Shown: positions 38,227-48,119 of the stretch, in pieces
Numbering within the stretch: position 1 is the stretch's first letter
How the letters are laid out: each line of letters starts with the position of its first letter
Virus record (IMG/VR): IMGVR_UViG_3300028430_000572
Location: 4,354-68,353 of that record
Reading direction: 5' to 3' (one strand)
DNA length: 64,000 nt
Source: a virus
Notes under the pieces: generated by a model
What the model was told of the DNA's origin: nothing
The model's database searches: none
Seen by the model: only the letters and a program-made list of their open reading frames with translations
Position numbers and translations under genes: made by a program

Positions 38227-38946
38227 TCAGTCTTTCGACCGACGCATGAGTGAGTCGCAGATTCCGACGATGGCCGATGCGTCATCCTCAAACTCATTTC
38301 CGTCAGCGACCCATGCCGCGATCGCCGCCTTGATCTTGCCGTATTGCTCCGCCGTGAAGTCAACGCGCGTAGCCTCGGCGATCTTCGATTGTTTGTCAGG
38401 AGCAGAGATGGTCGGATCGACGGGAGCGAGAGTCGCCGGATCATCGCCCGGCACGTCGAGCATCTTCGCAAGTTCCTCCGACGACCAGCCGAGCCCGAGG
38501 CGATCGTCGGGGTCAATGGATTGCATGGCAACCTTCAACGCTTCGTCATCGAACTCGGAGAGGTCCGCAAGTCGGTTGTCGGCGATTGCGAATCGCTTGA
38601 GATCGTGCTTGGCCGGGTCTACCTTGATCGCCGCAATGTGCGTCCAACCGTTCTTCGCTGCGGCAGCAAACGTCGCATTGCCAGCAGCCACAACTCCGGT
38701 CTTGGCATTGACAACGATCGGCTTGAGTTGACCAATGCTCGCGAGCGACGCGGACAACTCGGCAATCTGAAACTCCGAGTGCAGTCGCGCGTTGTCGGGA
38801 TCGAGTTGCAAGTCGCCGACAGGAACGAGCATTGATTTCAAGCCGTCTGCGACTTTGCACACGACATCGGGATCGTTCTTCGGTTGCTCGGGCGGCCTGC
38901 GTGTAGGCTTGACGGGCGGGCGAGGCTTCGGCAATGGCGTGCTCAA
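38227..38946 (-). CDS. ParB N-terminal domain protein
   Basis: LDPDNARLH, GQLKPIVV, VAAGN and AIADNRLADLS motifs; TTG start with GGAG RBS. Confidence 0.8.
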   Translation of the reverse strand: MSTPLPKPRPPVKPTRRPPEQPKNDPDVVCKVADGLKSMLVPVGDLQLDPDNARLHSEFQIAELSASLASIGQLKPIVVNAKTGVVAAGNATFAAAAKNGWTHIAAIKVDPAKHDLKRFAIADNRLADLSEFDDEALKVAMQSIDPDDRLGLGWSSEELAKMLDVPGDDPATLAPVDPTISAPDKQSKIAEATRVDFTAEQYGKIKAAIAAWVADGNEFEDDASAIVGICDSLMRRSKD

Positions 38947-39003
38947 TGAATTACTCCGCTTGATTTCGTGGCGAAATTGATGCGACTGCAAACGATCATA
39001 GCA

Positions 39004-39813
39004 CTATTGCGGATCGGGAATCGACTTGAACACTGGGCGAGGCGGCGAAGTTGGAACGAGTTTGATTTTCGCAGCGTCGAGTTGAGCACTGGTATTTCGC
39101 ATTGACACTTCGGCACGATTGAGCGTCTTGTTGGCTTGCTTGATCGGGGGGGGTTCGTGCTGCTGCGTTGCTCGGCTCGGAACTTCGGGGATTGCTTTGA
39201 CTTCTTCGCGTCGCTTGTCAGCGCCCGTAATTCGCATGAGGTGCCCGAGATCAACCGCACACTCGGTCAGTGACTTGAGCGTGCGAGCGATGTTGGCCCC
39301 TTCCGTCGTTGTCAGTTCCGTATTTGGAATGGCCTGCCCGTCATGCACACGCTCCGAAATCGCCGCTGTCCATTGGGACATCACTTGCGCCGACTGCGTA
39401 AGCCTTTTGACGAGCGTTACGAATGCTTCATTGCCGACCTTTGGATTCGTTTCGGTGGCGTAGAGGTAATTGACTTTGCGAGCGGTCGAAATGCCGCCGT
39501 CGATAATCGCGGCCTGCTTCGCGACGGTACGCAAACCGCCAGCCTCGTATGCGGTCCAGAACGGGATATGGAAATGCCAGCAGAAGTCTTTGAGCGAAAA
39601 CGTCGGCCACATATTCCATTGTCTGCGAATCTCTGGCCAGTTGTAGACCATGCCCTTTGGCGAAACTTGAGCGAACCCCCAAAGCACGCACCGGCGAGTG
39701 CCCGGAAACGGCAAATCGTTTTCGAGCGGGTTGTGCTTCGGATATGTAGCCGTTTCGATGCCGATGGGCTTCTTTGATTCGCCAGCGGTATTGAACTTGC
39801 GACGCTTCGGCAT
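39004..39813 (-). CDS. Hypothetical protein
   Basis: 269 aa; TAATG coupling with the upstream nuclease gene. Confidence 0.55.
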   Translation of the reverse strand: MPKRRKFNTAGESKKPIGIETATYPKHNPLENDLPFPGTRRCVLWGFAQVSPKGMVYNWPEIRRQWNMWPTFSLKDFCWHFHIPFWTAYEAGGLRTVAKQAAIIDGGISTARKVNYLYATETNPKVGNEAFVTLVKRLTQSAQVMSQWTAAISERVHDGQAIPNTELTTTEGANIARTLKSLTECAVDLGHLMRITGADKRREEVKAIPEVPSRATQQHEPPPIKQANKTLNRAEVSMRNTSAQLDAAKIKLVPTSPPRPVFKSIPDPQ

Positions 39814-40898
39814 TACGCGCACTCCGAGATGATTTTCTTCGCGCGACGATGAGCGTCGCTGCCGGACTTGCTCATCGTAGTAGCAATGCTATCCAGCAGC
39901 GTAACGGGCGAATCGCCGCCGATCGTTTGCTCGCGAATCTGCCTGACGATTTCGTTGATTTCCATTTCGTCGAGCGGAGCGGCCTGCTCTTTCTCTTCTG
40001 CGAACGCGAGCGACGACTCAGTTCTCGGCAACGCAATGCGAGACACGCGACACTTTTCGCCGATGATGCACAGTCGCGTCATCGTGGGCGAGTGATGATC
40101 CTCGCCTTTACCGACGATGATCGAAGTTCCGACTTGCAAAAACAGCCCGCGACCAGCGCCAAACTTGTCGGCGTAATCGACTTTGCCCGAGCCGGTCTGA
40201 TCGTGCAAGTGCCCATTGCAAACGACCGACGATCGAGCGAGCATCCCGCCGTGAGAAGCGACTACGAGTTCGTGTGCTTCAGTCGTTGCGATGTAAGCAT
40301 CGGCATGTGACAATCCTACAACGAACGTCGCCACACCGTGCTTCATGCACGCCGCCGCCGAACGCTCCATTGCAGATACCGCCATACCGTGCGAAGTCTT
40401 GTATCCAGCGCCGATAATGCCGACAGCCGTATTGCCAACTTTGATACGCGCTGGATCAAGTTCAGCGTCTCGAACGAGTCCCGATTGCAGCAGCACGCCG
40501 AACGCCTGAGACAATCGCGATGTCGAAGGGTCGCCAGCGAACTGGTCGTGATTGCCGTCGATGCCGAGGATAGGGCCGGTCATCTTGACAATCGGACGAA
40601 GCAGTTGCATAAGTGCAATGGCTTCCGCACACGACGCGCCCTTGCGATGGAACCAATCTCCGACGCAGCACACGATCGGGTATTGCCCGCTCGCAGCGTG
40701 CTCTTTGGAGACTTGTTCGGCCACGAACTTGAGCACCGATACAAGGTCTTTGGCGTAAGTATCGTTTCGTCCCGAAGGCGGATTGATCGAGAAGTGCAGA
40801 TCGCCAAGAACGTAAACAATCACTTCGTCGGCATCGATATTGGCGACGGGAGCGGCTGGTCGATTTCGTGGCGAAATTGATTGCTTACTTGTGGGCAT
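39813..40898 (-). CDS. sbcD: SbcD/Mre11-like metallophosphoesterase nuclease
   Basis: GDLH, GDWFH, GNHD and GHLH motifs. Confidence 0.85.
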   Translation of the reverse strand: MPTSKQSISPRNRPAAPVANIDADEVIVYVLGDLHFSINPPSGRNDTYAKDLVSVLKFVAEQVSKEHAASGQYPIVCCVGDWFHRKGASCAEAIALMQLLRPIVKMTGPILGIDGNHDQFAGDPSTSRLSQAFGVLLQSGLVRDAELDPARIKVGNTAVGIIGAGYKTSHGMAVSAMERSAAACMKHGVATFVVGLSHADAYIATTEAHELVVASHGGMLARSSVVCNGHLHDQTGSGKVDYADKFGAGRGLFLQVGTSIIVGKGEDHHSPTMTRLCIIGEKCRVSRIALPRTESSLAFAEEKEQAAPLDEMEINEIVRQIREQTIGGDSPVTLLDSIATTMSKSGSDAHRRAKKIISECA

Positions 40899-41895
40899 GT
40901 TGATTGTCCATCGGGCGACCGCACGTTGGGCACTTGCGCGACATCGCCGCGAGTTGATTGTTCAATTCGGCAATGCGAAGCAACAATTGATCGCTCCGCG
41001 ACTCGGCATCTTCTGGAATCGCGGTAAGCGATAACAAAAACGATTCGACTGCTTCATGCTTCGATTTCGCTGCCTTGATTTTATCGAGCAGCGATTTGAT
41101 ATCGGCAATCGACTTTGACAACTCATCATGCCGCCGACTCATGCTTTCGATGTCGATGCTGCTATCGAACGTCGCGACAATATCGAGTGCTGCATCGCGA
41201 GCCTTCGCGTCGCGAGCGATGTCGCGTTCGGTCGATTCGATATCGGTAACAAGCGACTCGATTTTGTCGGCGTTGATAATCGCCGGGTCGGACTCGGCGG
41301 CAGACAGTCGCGATTCGGCATCTTGCATCATTTTCGATTTCGTATCGAAATCGCGAGCAGCGGACGCGGCATCCGTCTTTGCTCGCCCGGACGCTTCCAT
41401 CGCAATCGAAGCCCCTGACGCAGCGCCGATAATCTTGGCGACACGGCCAGCAGGATCATCGACAAGAATCGCGGCCTCGCGTTGTGTTTGGATGTTGAGC
41501 AAAATATCGATCCCGGCGATACGAGTCGGGCCGAGGCCGACAGTTGCAATCCAATCGTCGGGCAAGGACCGCCCCGGGTTCGTGAGGGATCGACGAGACA
41601 CTTTGCCCGTTTTCGCGTCTTTTGTCGATGCAACGTATTCGCCTTTGCCGTCAGACTTGCGAACGACCGATATTTGCTTGCCGTCTGCGAAGTCAACAAC
41701 GATCTTGCCTTCTTCAAATCCGTCCCTGACAAACGATGCGGCTGGCGAAGGATGTGAGCACGCCACAAGCGAGCGAACGATGTTGCTTTTGCCTGAGTCG
41801 GACGACCCGAAGATTACGCTCAGCCCTGGGCTAAGCGCAATGTCGGTCGATTCGTGCGAACGTACGTTCGTCAGTCTGATTCGCGAGATCGTCAT
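40885..41895 (-). CDS. SbcC/Rad50-like ATPase, N-terminal half
   Basis: LTNVRSH, Walker A GSSDSGKS, coiled coil ending in zinc hook CPTCG; no Walker B. Confidence 0.8.
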   Translation of the reverse strand: MTISRIRLTNVRSHESTDIALSPGLSVIFGSSDSGKSNIVRSLVACSHPSPAASFVRDGFEEGKIVVDFADGKQISVVRKSDGKGEYVASTKDAKTGKVSRRSLTNPGRSLPDDWIATVGLGPTRIAGIDILLNIQTQREAAILVDDPAGRVAKIIGAASGASIAMEASGRAKTDAASAARDFDTKSKMMQDAESRLSAAESDPAIINADKIESLVTDIESTERDIARDAKARDAALDIVATFDSSIDIESMSRRHDELSKSIADIKSLLDKIKAAKSKHEAVESFLLSLTAIPEDAESRSDQLLLRIAELNNQLAAMSRKCPTCGRPMDNQHAHK

Positions 41896-43053
41896 TTAGT
41901 CGTCCATCCCCGCGAGCATTACGCGACCCTTGACTTGCTGCTGCGACTTAATGCCTTTTGCTTCGTTCGATGCGACGGTTCGCTCCATCGCGTCGCGGAA
42001 CTTTTTGTCCGATCGCAGTCGCTCGATTACCTTGATCGCGCTGCCAAGATTGACCGCCTCGCGTCCCGGAGCAGCGATCGTGCAAGTGCGACCGTTCTTG
42101 ATTACGCCTGCTTCGACTGCGCGATCGAATAGTTCGACTTCGGCACTGATGCCTACACCGTGCCCGAGTTCATATGTCGCGACGTTGCCGCGAAGTCCTG
42201 TGACTTTGTTCTTCATGCAACGAATGTTGCAAATCTTCCCGGCAGAGAAGTATCCGGGCTTGTGCGATCCCGATACGTCGAGTTTGATTGCGTCGAAGTA
42301 TTCGGTCGCCTTGCCGCCGGGCGTTGTGCGAGGATCGCCGAACGCAACGCCAATCTTATCTCGCCACTGATTAATGAGAATGGTCGTGCATCCATTCCGA
42401 GCCATCGAGCCGGTCATGCGGCGGAACATTTTGTTGAGTTGTCGCGGGAGCAGTCCGACAGTGTTGCTCGCCATTGACAAGTCTTGCTCAGCGGCAGACA
42501 GCATCGCCGGGATCGAGTCTACAACGACGAGTCCGAACTCGCCGGTGTCACACAATGCAACGGCGATGTCTACGCCTTCTTCGAGCGTGGCCGGAGAATG
42601 CACAAAGAGATTGGCGCTATCGATATTTGCAATCTTCCCGTTCGTGTCGGCGACTGCAACGACGGCACTCGGAGCACACGCTTTGAGATACGTCATATCA
42701 AGCGTGTGCTCGAAGTCGAGGTAGAGCACTTTGCGAGGCACGGGCGTTGTCTTCATGCCTTCGGCAGAAGGCGACACGAACGTTGCGTCGGCGGGCTGCG
42801 ACATCACCGCCTCCGCGAGCGTGAACGCAAGAGTCGTCTTGCCGCTCGCGGCGTTGCCGACAATTTCAATCCAGTATCCAGAAGGGAGACCCGGGGATTG
42901 CTCGCCGCCGAGCAGCACGCCGAGCGACTTGTGACGCATCGGAACGATGCGCCGAGACGACGGCATAAACAGCGGCACGTCGAGTTGCTTGCGAAGCGCG
43001 TTGATTACGCCGTCGAGAGAATGACCGGCGACCTTGACTCGTTCTTTGCTCAT
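41896..43053 (-). CDS. recA: RecA recombinase
   Basis: GNAASGKT, VVVDSI, ILINQWRDKIGVAFGDPRTTPGG and KNKV motifs. Confidence 0.92.
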   Translation of the reverse strand: MSKERVKVAGHSLDGVINALRKQLDVPLFMPSSRRIVPMRHKSLGVLLGGEQSPGLPSGYWIEIVGNAASGKTTLAFTLAEAVMSQPADATFVSPSAEGMKTTPVPRKVLYLDFEHTLDMTYLKACAPSAVVAVADTNGKIANIDSANLFVHSPATLEEGVDIAVALCDTGEFGLVVVDSIPAMLSAAEQDLSMASNTVGLLPRQLNKMFRRMTGSMARNGCTTILINQWRDKIGVAFGDPRTTPGGKATEYFDAIKLDVSGSHKPGYFSAGKICNIRCMKNKVTGLRGNVATYELGHGVGISAEVELFDRAVEAGVIKNGRTCTIAAPGREAVNLGSAIKVIERLRSDKKFRDAMERTVASNEAKGIKSQQQVKGRVMLAGMDD

Positions 43054-43109
43054 GCTTGATATACCCCGAACTGCGAGCGATTATCGATGGTTTGATTTCG
43101 TCACGAAAT
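43054..43109 (-). promoter_or_regulatory. Class A promoter of recA
   Basis: Palindrome 43095-43109; TATATC-N4-ATG, 42 bp spacing. Confidence 0.6.
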
Positions 43110-43112
43110 TGA

Positions 43113-43769
43113 TTACTTGTTACGGGCGATTTCGTCCGCGTGAACTCGATTGGCGCACGTCAAGGCGATCGCGATTGCATCTACCGCGTGCTCGCCGAGC
43201 GTGTTGATGTTGCCGTTGTAAGTATGCCCGTAATCGCGGGCAAGTGCTCGCTGCACCGATACCTTGTCGGGCATCGAAGACTTGTATTTGATGCCGCGAT
43301 GTGCGGGCGATGCGAGCCAGTTTGCTTTCGACAATCCCGGCCATTGGGGGCAACAGAATACCTTGTGCTGGCGAGGGGTAATCGCGACTTTGTTTGCCGC
43401 GTCGAACGCTCGCGACATGCCCGAAGCGCGAGACGACCACCACGCCTTGATACCGAGCATTGCACAAGCAAGACCGATCCCGGCTTCTTCGCGTCGATTC
43501 ATAAAGCCGCGAGCGAATCCTTCGTACGCGATTACGTCGATGTGTGCTGGCGATCCGTTCTGCCGAAGGATCGAGATAGCGCGATTGCAAGATACCGTGA
43601 TTCTGTCAGGCAGATTGATCTTGGCCCATGCCGAGTGTTCGACCGATTGATCGGCCCAAAGAACTTTCGTCGTGTTGACATACGAATCGCAATCGATACG
43701 AACAAGCGCCATGCCGACGGACTTGATCGAGTGATCTACGCCGAGAACGTACTTGTAATTGGTCGCCAT
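43113..43769 (-). CDS. RuvC-like Holliday junction resolvase
   Basis: VLGVDHSIKSVGMALV, IAYEG and HAVDAIAIA motifs. Confidence 0.75.
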   Translation of the reverse strand: MATNYKYVLGVDHSIKSVGMALVRIDCDSYVNTTKVLWADQSVEHSAWAKINLPDRITVSCNRAISILRQNGSPAHIDVIAYEGFARGFMNRREEAGIGLACAMLGIKAWWSSRASGMSRAFDAANKVAITPRQHKVFCCPQWPGLSKANWLASPAHRGIKYKSSMPDKVSVQRALARDYGHTYNGNINTLGEHAVDAIAIALTCANRVHADEIARNK

Positions 43770-43818
43770 AAAGCGCCGGAATCGCTTTCGCAATCCCGGA
43801 GCCGATTTCGTCACGAAA

Positions 43819-44982
43819 TCAATCGAGCAGTTCGTCGTCAGTGCTCGCAGGCCGCGCGGTCGGCTTTGAGGGGCCGGGCCTGACAGCGGGCTTGGCGACG
43901 GGCTTACCGGGAGCGGGTCGCGCGACAGGCTTGGCGACCGGCTTAGCGACAGGCTTGGCGGGAGCGGGGCGAGCGGCGGGCTTCGGAGCAGGAGCAGGCT
44001 CGCCGAGCAAGTCGGCATCATCGTCGCCCGATTCCGCTTCGTCGCCGGTGTCGTCCGCTTCGTCGCCGGTGTCGTCCGCAACATCGCCGAGCAAGTCGGC
44101 GGCTTCGTCATCGGTGATTTCGGCCTCGGGCTCCGGCTCGGCCTGCTTCGCCGAGCGAGCATTGCGACGCGACGGAGCGGGAGCCTCGTCCTGCACGAGA
44201 TCGGACTCGTCGCCCTCGCTCGCCCCGCCGCCCATCATGCGAGCAATCGACGCTTCGAGTGAAGCCGCAGGCTCGGGCGCGATGTAATCGGCGAGCACTT
44301 GCCAAAGGCCCGGGTGCCACGGATCGCCGTCGGGGATGTCGGCATCGGACTCGGGATCGCGACTGCGGAGCATGTTGTTTTCCCGCACGATCGCAACGAC
44401 ATCTTTGAGCGAAGCAGTCGGGTTAGCGGCGACTTGGAAGTTCAACTCCTTGAACTTCTCTTTGCCGGGCACAAGCGACGCGACAAGTTCGACTTGTCGC
44501 AAGTGCTTCTTGCCTCCCTTGACGGGATCGGGAATCGAGTTGCGAAGAATCTCCCGCAACTGCACGAACTTGCCGCCAGCGAACCCCCAAGGGAGAATCT
44601 GATTGACCTTCTGCGTCCGCCCTTTGCTTGTCGTGGCGACGTGCGCAACGACCGTCGCGTAGCGCTTGGCGCGAGCAACGTTGGCGGGCGTGATAAGCCC
44701 GAGACGGAACAACGGGCAGCCAGCCTTGAGCGTGTCCCAATCGTTGTTCTGCAAAGCCTCATCGATCGCCCCCGCGTCCAGCACGGAATGGGCGAAGAAC
44801 CCGCTCGTGTCATCGGGCGACGAAACGCGCGTGCCGTAGTAGATAACGGGGTCGGCCAAGATGCGGAAGTGGTAGGTGCTGCCCTTGGTGCTCGGGTCGA
44901 ACGCCTCGGGACGCTCGATGTACCCGCCAGCGGTCACACTGTCATCGTCGAATCCGGTCGTCTTGATGTTCGGCTTACCCAT
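43819..44982 (-). CDS. Putative ssDNA-binding protein (gp32-like) with acidic and Pro/Ala/Lys-rich tail
   Basis: YHFRIL N-terminal domain; long acidic tract, KPVA repeats and terminal DDELLD; located in the recombination block. Confidence 0.6.
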   Translation of the reverse strand: MGKPNIKTTGFDDDSVTAGGYIERPEAFDPSTKGSTYHFRILADPVIYYGTRVSSPDDTSGFFAHSVLDAGAIDEALQNNDWDTLKAGCPLFRLGLITPANVARAKRYATVVAHVATTSKGRTQKVNQILPWGFAGGKFVQLREILRNSIPDPVKGGKKHLRQVELVASLVPGKEKFKELNFQVAANPTASLKDVVAIVRENNMLRSRDPESDADIPDGDPWHPGLWQVLADYIAPEPAASLEASIARMMGGGASEGDESDLVQDEAPAPSRRNARSAKQAEPEPEAEITDDEAADLLGDVADDTGDEADDTGDEAESGDDDADLLGEPAPAPKPAARPAPAKPVAKPVAKPVARPAPGKPVAKPAVRPGPSKPTARPASTDDELLD

Positions 44983-45003
44983 CGTTCTTGCCTTTCGATT
45001 GAA

Positions 45004-45498
45004 TCAAACACGGTACCCGGACACGCTGCCCGGGGATTGCTCATTCATGCGGCGAATCGCGTTGAGCGTTTCCTTCATTTGCTCATTGGATTTGATCGCC
45101 GAGTCTATTTGCTCCATGACCATTGCGAGATCAGTGACGCGAGCGCGGGCGACCGCCAACTGTGCTGCCACGTCTTGCGTAATCGCGTCAACTTCTGCCA
45201 TCTTGTCGGATCGATTTCGCAGCGAAATCACAACGGGATCGGACATCGCCTTGCTACGTTCAACTCGATTAAGTTCGGAGAGCAGATGTACCCTGCGCCG
45301 CGCTTCGGCGAGCAGCGGGGCGGTCTTGAGTTTCAGTGCGTCGAGCGATTGTCGCTTCGACATGCAATCGAGCATTTGGACGGCCAGCCCTGCGAAGTCG
45401 ATTTCTTCGCCCGGCTGAGGCGTGCGGACTCGCGGGACGAGCGACGCGAGCCGCTGCGCGAGTTTCGTCCAGTTCACTTTTGGTATGGCTTGGCTCAT
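45004..45498 (-). CDS. Helical protein, UvsY-like recombination mediator candidate
   Basis: 164 aa, all-helical; adjacent to the SSB and RecA genes. Confidence 0.4.
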   Translation of the reverse strand: MSQAIPKVNWTKLAQRLASLVPRVRTPQPGEEIDFAGLAVQMLDCMSKRQSLDALKLKTAPLLAEARRRVHLLSELNRVERSKAMSDPVVISLRNRSDKMAEVDAITQDVAAQLAVARARVTDLAMVMEQIDSAIKSNEQMKETLNAIRRMNEQSPGSVSGYRV

Positions 45499-46118
45499 TG
45501 CACAGTGACGCGAGAAACGTTGTTCGTCCGGGTGACAAATATACGAGTCGAAGCGGACGCGGCGAGTTCTGGTTCGTGAGAAACAACGATGATCTGTACT
45601 TTGAGTTCGTCCGCGAGCCTGCGAACCATTTGCGCGACGTAGCCCATTCGATCAGAAGACACGTGCCGGAACGGCTCATCCGCGATGATGATCGGCGCAA
45701 CCGTGCGGCGGCTCATCGCAACGACCGACAATCGCAGTGCGAACGCCACGACATCGACAACGCCGCCGCCGACATCAGCGAGCGAACGCCACGCGATCGA
45801 CTTGCCGACGGTGTAGCCGACGAGCGGGGTCATTTCGATTTGGCCCCGACGCTGGGCGACTTCGAGTTGGAAATGCACGCCTTGCCCAAACGCGATCGCG
45901 AGCGCGAGCCCGACCACTCGCTCGATCCGCTGCCTGATCGCCGATCGGGACGCATCGGCGACGGCGAGTAGCATCGCTGCGGCATCGGCGGCAACAGCGG
46001 CCTCGTGTTCGGCGGTGTCGCGCGCAGCACGGGCCGCGTCCGCGTCGCGTCGTGCTGCCGCAACGGCCCCGCGTGCCGCTGCGACGATATCAAGCGCCCG
46101 TCGCGTTGTCGTGCTCAT
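45495..46118 (-). CDS. SbcC/Rad50-like ATPase, C-terminal half
   Basis: Coiled coil, signature VGGG, Walker B IIIADEPF and H-loop VVSHE. Confidence 0.82.
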   Translation of the reverse strand: MSTTTRRALDIVAAARGAVAAARRDADAARAARDTAEHEAAVAADAAAMLLAVADASRSAIRQRIERVVGLALAIAFGQGVHFQLEVAQRRGQIEMTPLVGYTVGKSIAWRSLADVGGGVVDVVAFALRLSVVAMSRRTVAPIIIADEPFRHVSSDRMGYVAQMVRRLADELKVQIIVVSHEPELAASASTRIFVTRTNNVSRVTVQ

Positions 46119-46423
46119 GGGTGCCCCGACCTGCCCGCCTCATCGCGTGCGGCGGCGATGTCGGTAAGCGTCGCGTCAAGTGCTGCGGCCATCTTGGCGA
46201 GCCTGCCCTCGGCTGCGGCAATACGCTCGCCGAGCGTTGTCGCGGCTGCCCCGATCGCGGCCACGGGATCGTCGCCCGGATCGATACTCATCCGTTGGCA
46301 GAAATCGCTCGCTCGCTTGCGGTCGGATTCGTGGGCGCGAAGCGTCGCCGTGATCTCGGCGAGTTCCCGTTCGGCGGCGGCGATGCTTCGCCGCACGCTG
46401 TCGGTTTGTATCGGAGTGCTCAT
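46115..46423 (-). CDS. Small coiled-coil protein
   Basis: Leaderless ATG 46423; ATGA overlap with the SbcC C-terminal gene. Confidence 0.6.
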   Translation of the reverse strand: MSTPIQTDSVRRSIAAAERELAEITATLRAHESDRKRASDFCQRMSIDPGDDPVAAIGAAATTLGERIAAAEGRLAKMAAALDATLTDIAAARDEAGRSGHP

Positions 46424-46480
46424 GCCACGATATATCGGGCTCGCGTGCTTATCGTGCGTCGGTCGATTTCGTGGCGAAAT
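46424..46480 (-). promoter_or_regulatory. Class A promoter (near-identical to 62693..62749)
   Basis: 53 bp identical to the copy near 62.7 kb; 43 bp spacing. Confidence 0.7.
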
Positions 46481-46481
46481 G

Positions 46482-46513
46482 AAAACCGCCCGGCGTGGCG
46501 ACGCGCCGGGCGG
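46482..46513 (-). terminator. Intrinsic terminator
   Basis: Minus strand CCGCCCGGCG...CGCCGGGCGG followed by TTTT. Confidence 0.7.
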
Positions 46514-46550
46514 CGATGCGGGGCTCAGCCCCGGACAGGATCGGCGTAGG

Positions 46551-46868
46551 TCATTCGTCGTCGGACTCAGGATCGGGCGAGATGTCCAGTTGCTCGTTCG
46601 CCCGGCGGTACAAAGTGTGCCCCAGCGATTCGAGCACGGTCCGCGCGTTGCGTTGCACGCTGCCCTCGGTGCCCGGGGCGTTGAGTCGGGCAAGGCATCC
46701 CTCGATCAAGTCCTGCTCGTTGTGGCCCGACCAGACGTTGAGATCGTGCGATTCTCGCCAGTCTTCGCCGTAGTGCTTCTCGGGGTCGCTGCAAACCCGG
46801 CCCCTCATCGCGCAGTGGTCGGCGTAGATCGCGACTTCCACCCTGCTGTCGTTGTTCGGCGTGCTCAT
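46551..46868 (-). CDS. Hypothetical protein
   Basis: AGGAG RBS at the end of a repeated leader element. Confidence 0.6.
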   Translation of the reverse strand: MSTPNNDSRVEVAIYADHCAMRGRVCSDPEKHYGEDWRESHDLNVWSGHNEQDLIEGCLARLNAPGTEGSVQRNARTVLESLGHTLYRRANEQLDISPDPESDDE

Positions 46869-46877
46869 TCGTCGTGC

Positions 46878-46962
46878 TCCTGTCAGTTTGCCCGATCGGC
46901 CCGGGCGTGCCTTGGGGCGTTGTGCCTCGGAATCCGCCCGGGGCGCTTTCGCGCCCCGGGCG
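46878..46962 (-). repeat. Structured intergenic leader repeat, copy 1
   Basis: Near-identical to 53483..53566; hairpins ending in GACAGGA (RBS). Confidence 0.8.
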
Positions 46963-46982
46963 TTCGTGTCCTTCGTCCCGCG

Positions 46983-48119
46983 TTAGGCCAGCGACTTGCG
47001 GATGTTCTCCAACTCGGTCGCCACGTCCGTGGCACTCACCTTGGCGAAGGCCTTGGCGATCGCCTTGGCGAGATCGAACTTGGCGAAGTCGGCGGGATCC
47101 GTGTGGATCGAGATGCGGGCCGTGATCGTGTGGCCGCCCTTACCGCCCTTGTCCGTACCCGTCTCGCGCTTGAGTGTGACGGCGATGCCGGTCGCGTCGA
47201 AGTTCAGCGACGCGGGCGACACCGAGCCTACGCTCGGCTTCCGCCCGGCCTTGCCCGCCGCGCGGCGGGTGCCAGACGACTGCACCGCCGAGTTCGCGGC
47301 GGCGGCGGTGACGGCCTTGCCGTTGCTCGCCTCAAGCAGCGTGCGGAGCATGGATTCGAGTTCGGCGGCGGTGCTGGCCTTCGTCGCGAGACGATACGCG
47401 ACTTCGGGCGAGATCAGGCCATCCGCGAGCATCTGCTCCAACAACTTGCCGGACTTCGCGGCGAGGGAGATCGCCTTGCTGATCTGCGCGGTCGAGATAC
47501 CGAGGGCCTTCGCCGCGTCGGCTTGGTCGGTAAACATTTTCGTGGCGATAGCGTCTTGCACCTGCTTCGCGAGTTCGAGCGGGGAGATGTCGGTCCGCGC
47601 GACGTTTTCGGCGATGGTCATGGCGAGCGTCGCGGCCTCGGTGCTCGCGAGCACTTCGCCGGTCTTCGGATGTACGGCGTACTGGGCCGGAATCTTGTCG
47701 TAGCCGAGCAACTTGTAGGCCGCGAGTCGGCCATCGCCGCAGACAACTCGATTGTCGCTACCGATCGTGATCGCGTGCCGCAGGCCGGTCGCCTTGATCG
47801 ACTTAGCCAGCATCTTGATCGACTCTTCGGAGTGATTGCGGCTGCCGTTGGGCGCGATCGACGCGACCGGGAACATCTGCCCCATGTGCGGGCCGGACCA
47901 CTCAACTTCGCCGCCCTCGTCCGTGCCCTCGGGCTGGGCCTCCTCGTTGGCCTCGTCGTTGGCCTCGTCGCTGGCCTCGTCGCCGCCCTCGGGCTGGGAC
48001 TCGTCCTGCGTCGGCTCGTCGCCGCCGAGCAGAGCATCCGCGTCCTCGTCGTCGATGAGCGTGGACTGCGAGTCCTGCTGGGCCTGATTCTTGCGGCTGC
48101 CGTTAGTCTTCTTCGCCAT
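46983..48119 (-). CDS. ParB/Spo0J-family DNA-binding protein with HTH
   Basis: LAKSIKATGLRHAITI, VCGDGRLAA, ENVARTDISPLE, HTH DQADAAKALGISTAQISKAI; acidic N-terminal extension. Confidence 0.85.
   Translation of the reverse strand: MAKKTNGSRKNQAQQDSQSTLIDDEDADALLGGDEPTQDESQPEGGDEASDEANDEANEEAQPEGTDEGGEVEWSGPHMGQMFPVASIAPNGSRNHSEESIKMLAKSIKATGLRHAITIGSDNRVVCGDGRLAAYKLLGYDKIPAQYAVHPKTGEVLASTEAATLAMTIAENVARTDISPLELAKQVQDAIATKMFTDQADAAKALGISTAQISKAISLAAKSGKLLEQMLADGLISPEVAYRLATKASTAAELESMLRTLLEASNGKAVTAAAANSAVQSSGTRRAAGKAGRKPSVGSVSPASLNFDATGIAVTLKRETGTDKGGKGGHTITARISIHTDPADFAKFDLAKAIAKAFAKVSATDVATELENIRKSLA

Noticed and set aside
47537-47551. Near-match TTTTCGTGGCGATAG inside the parB-like gene
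   Set aside because: Mismatched arms; not counted as a palindrome copy.
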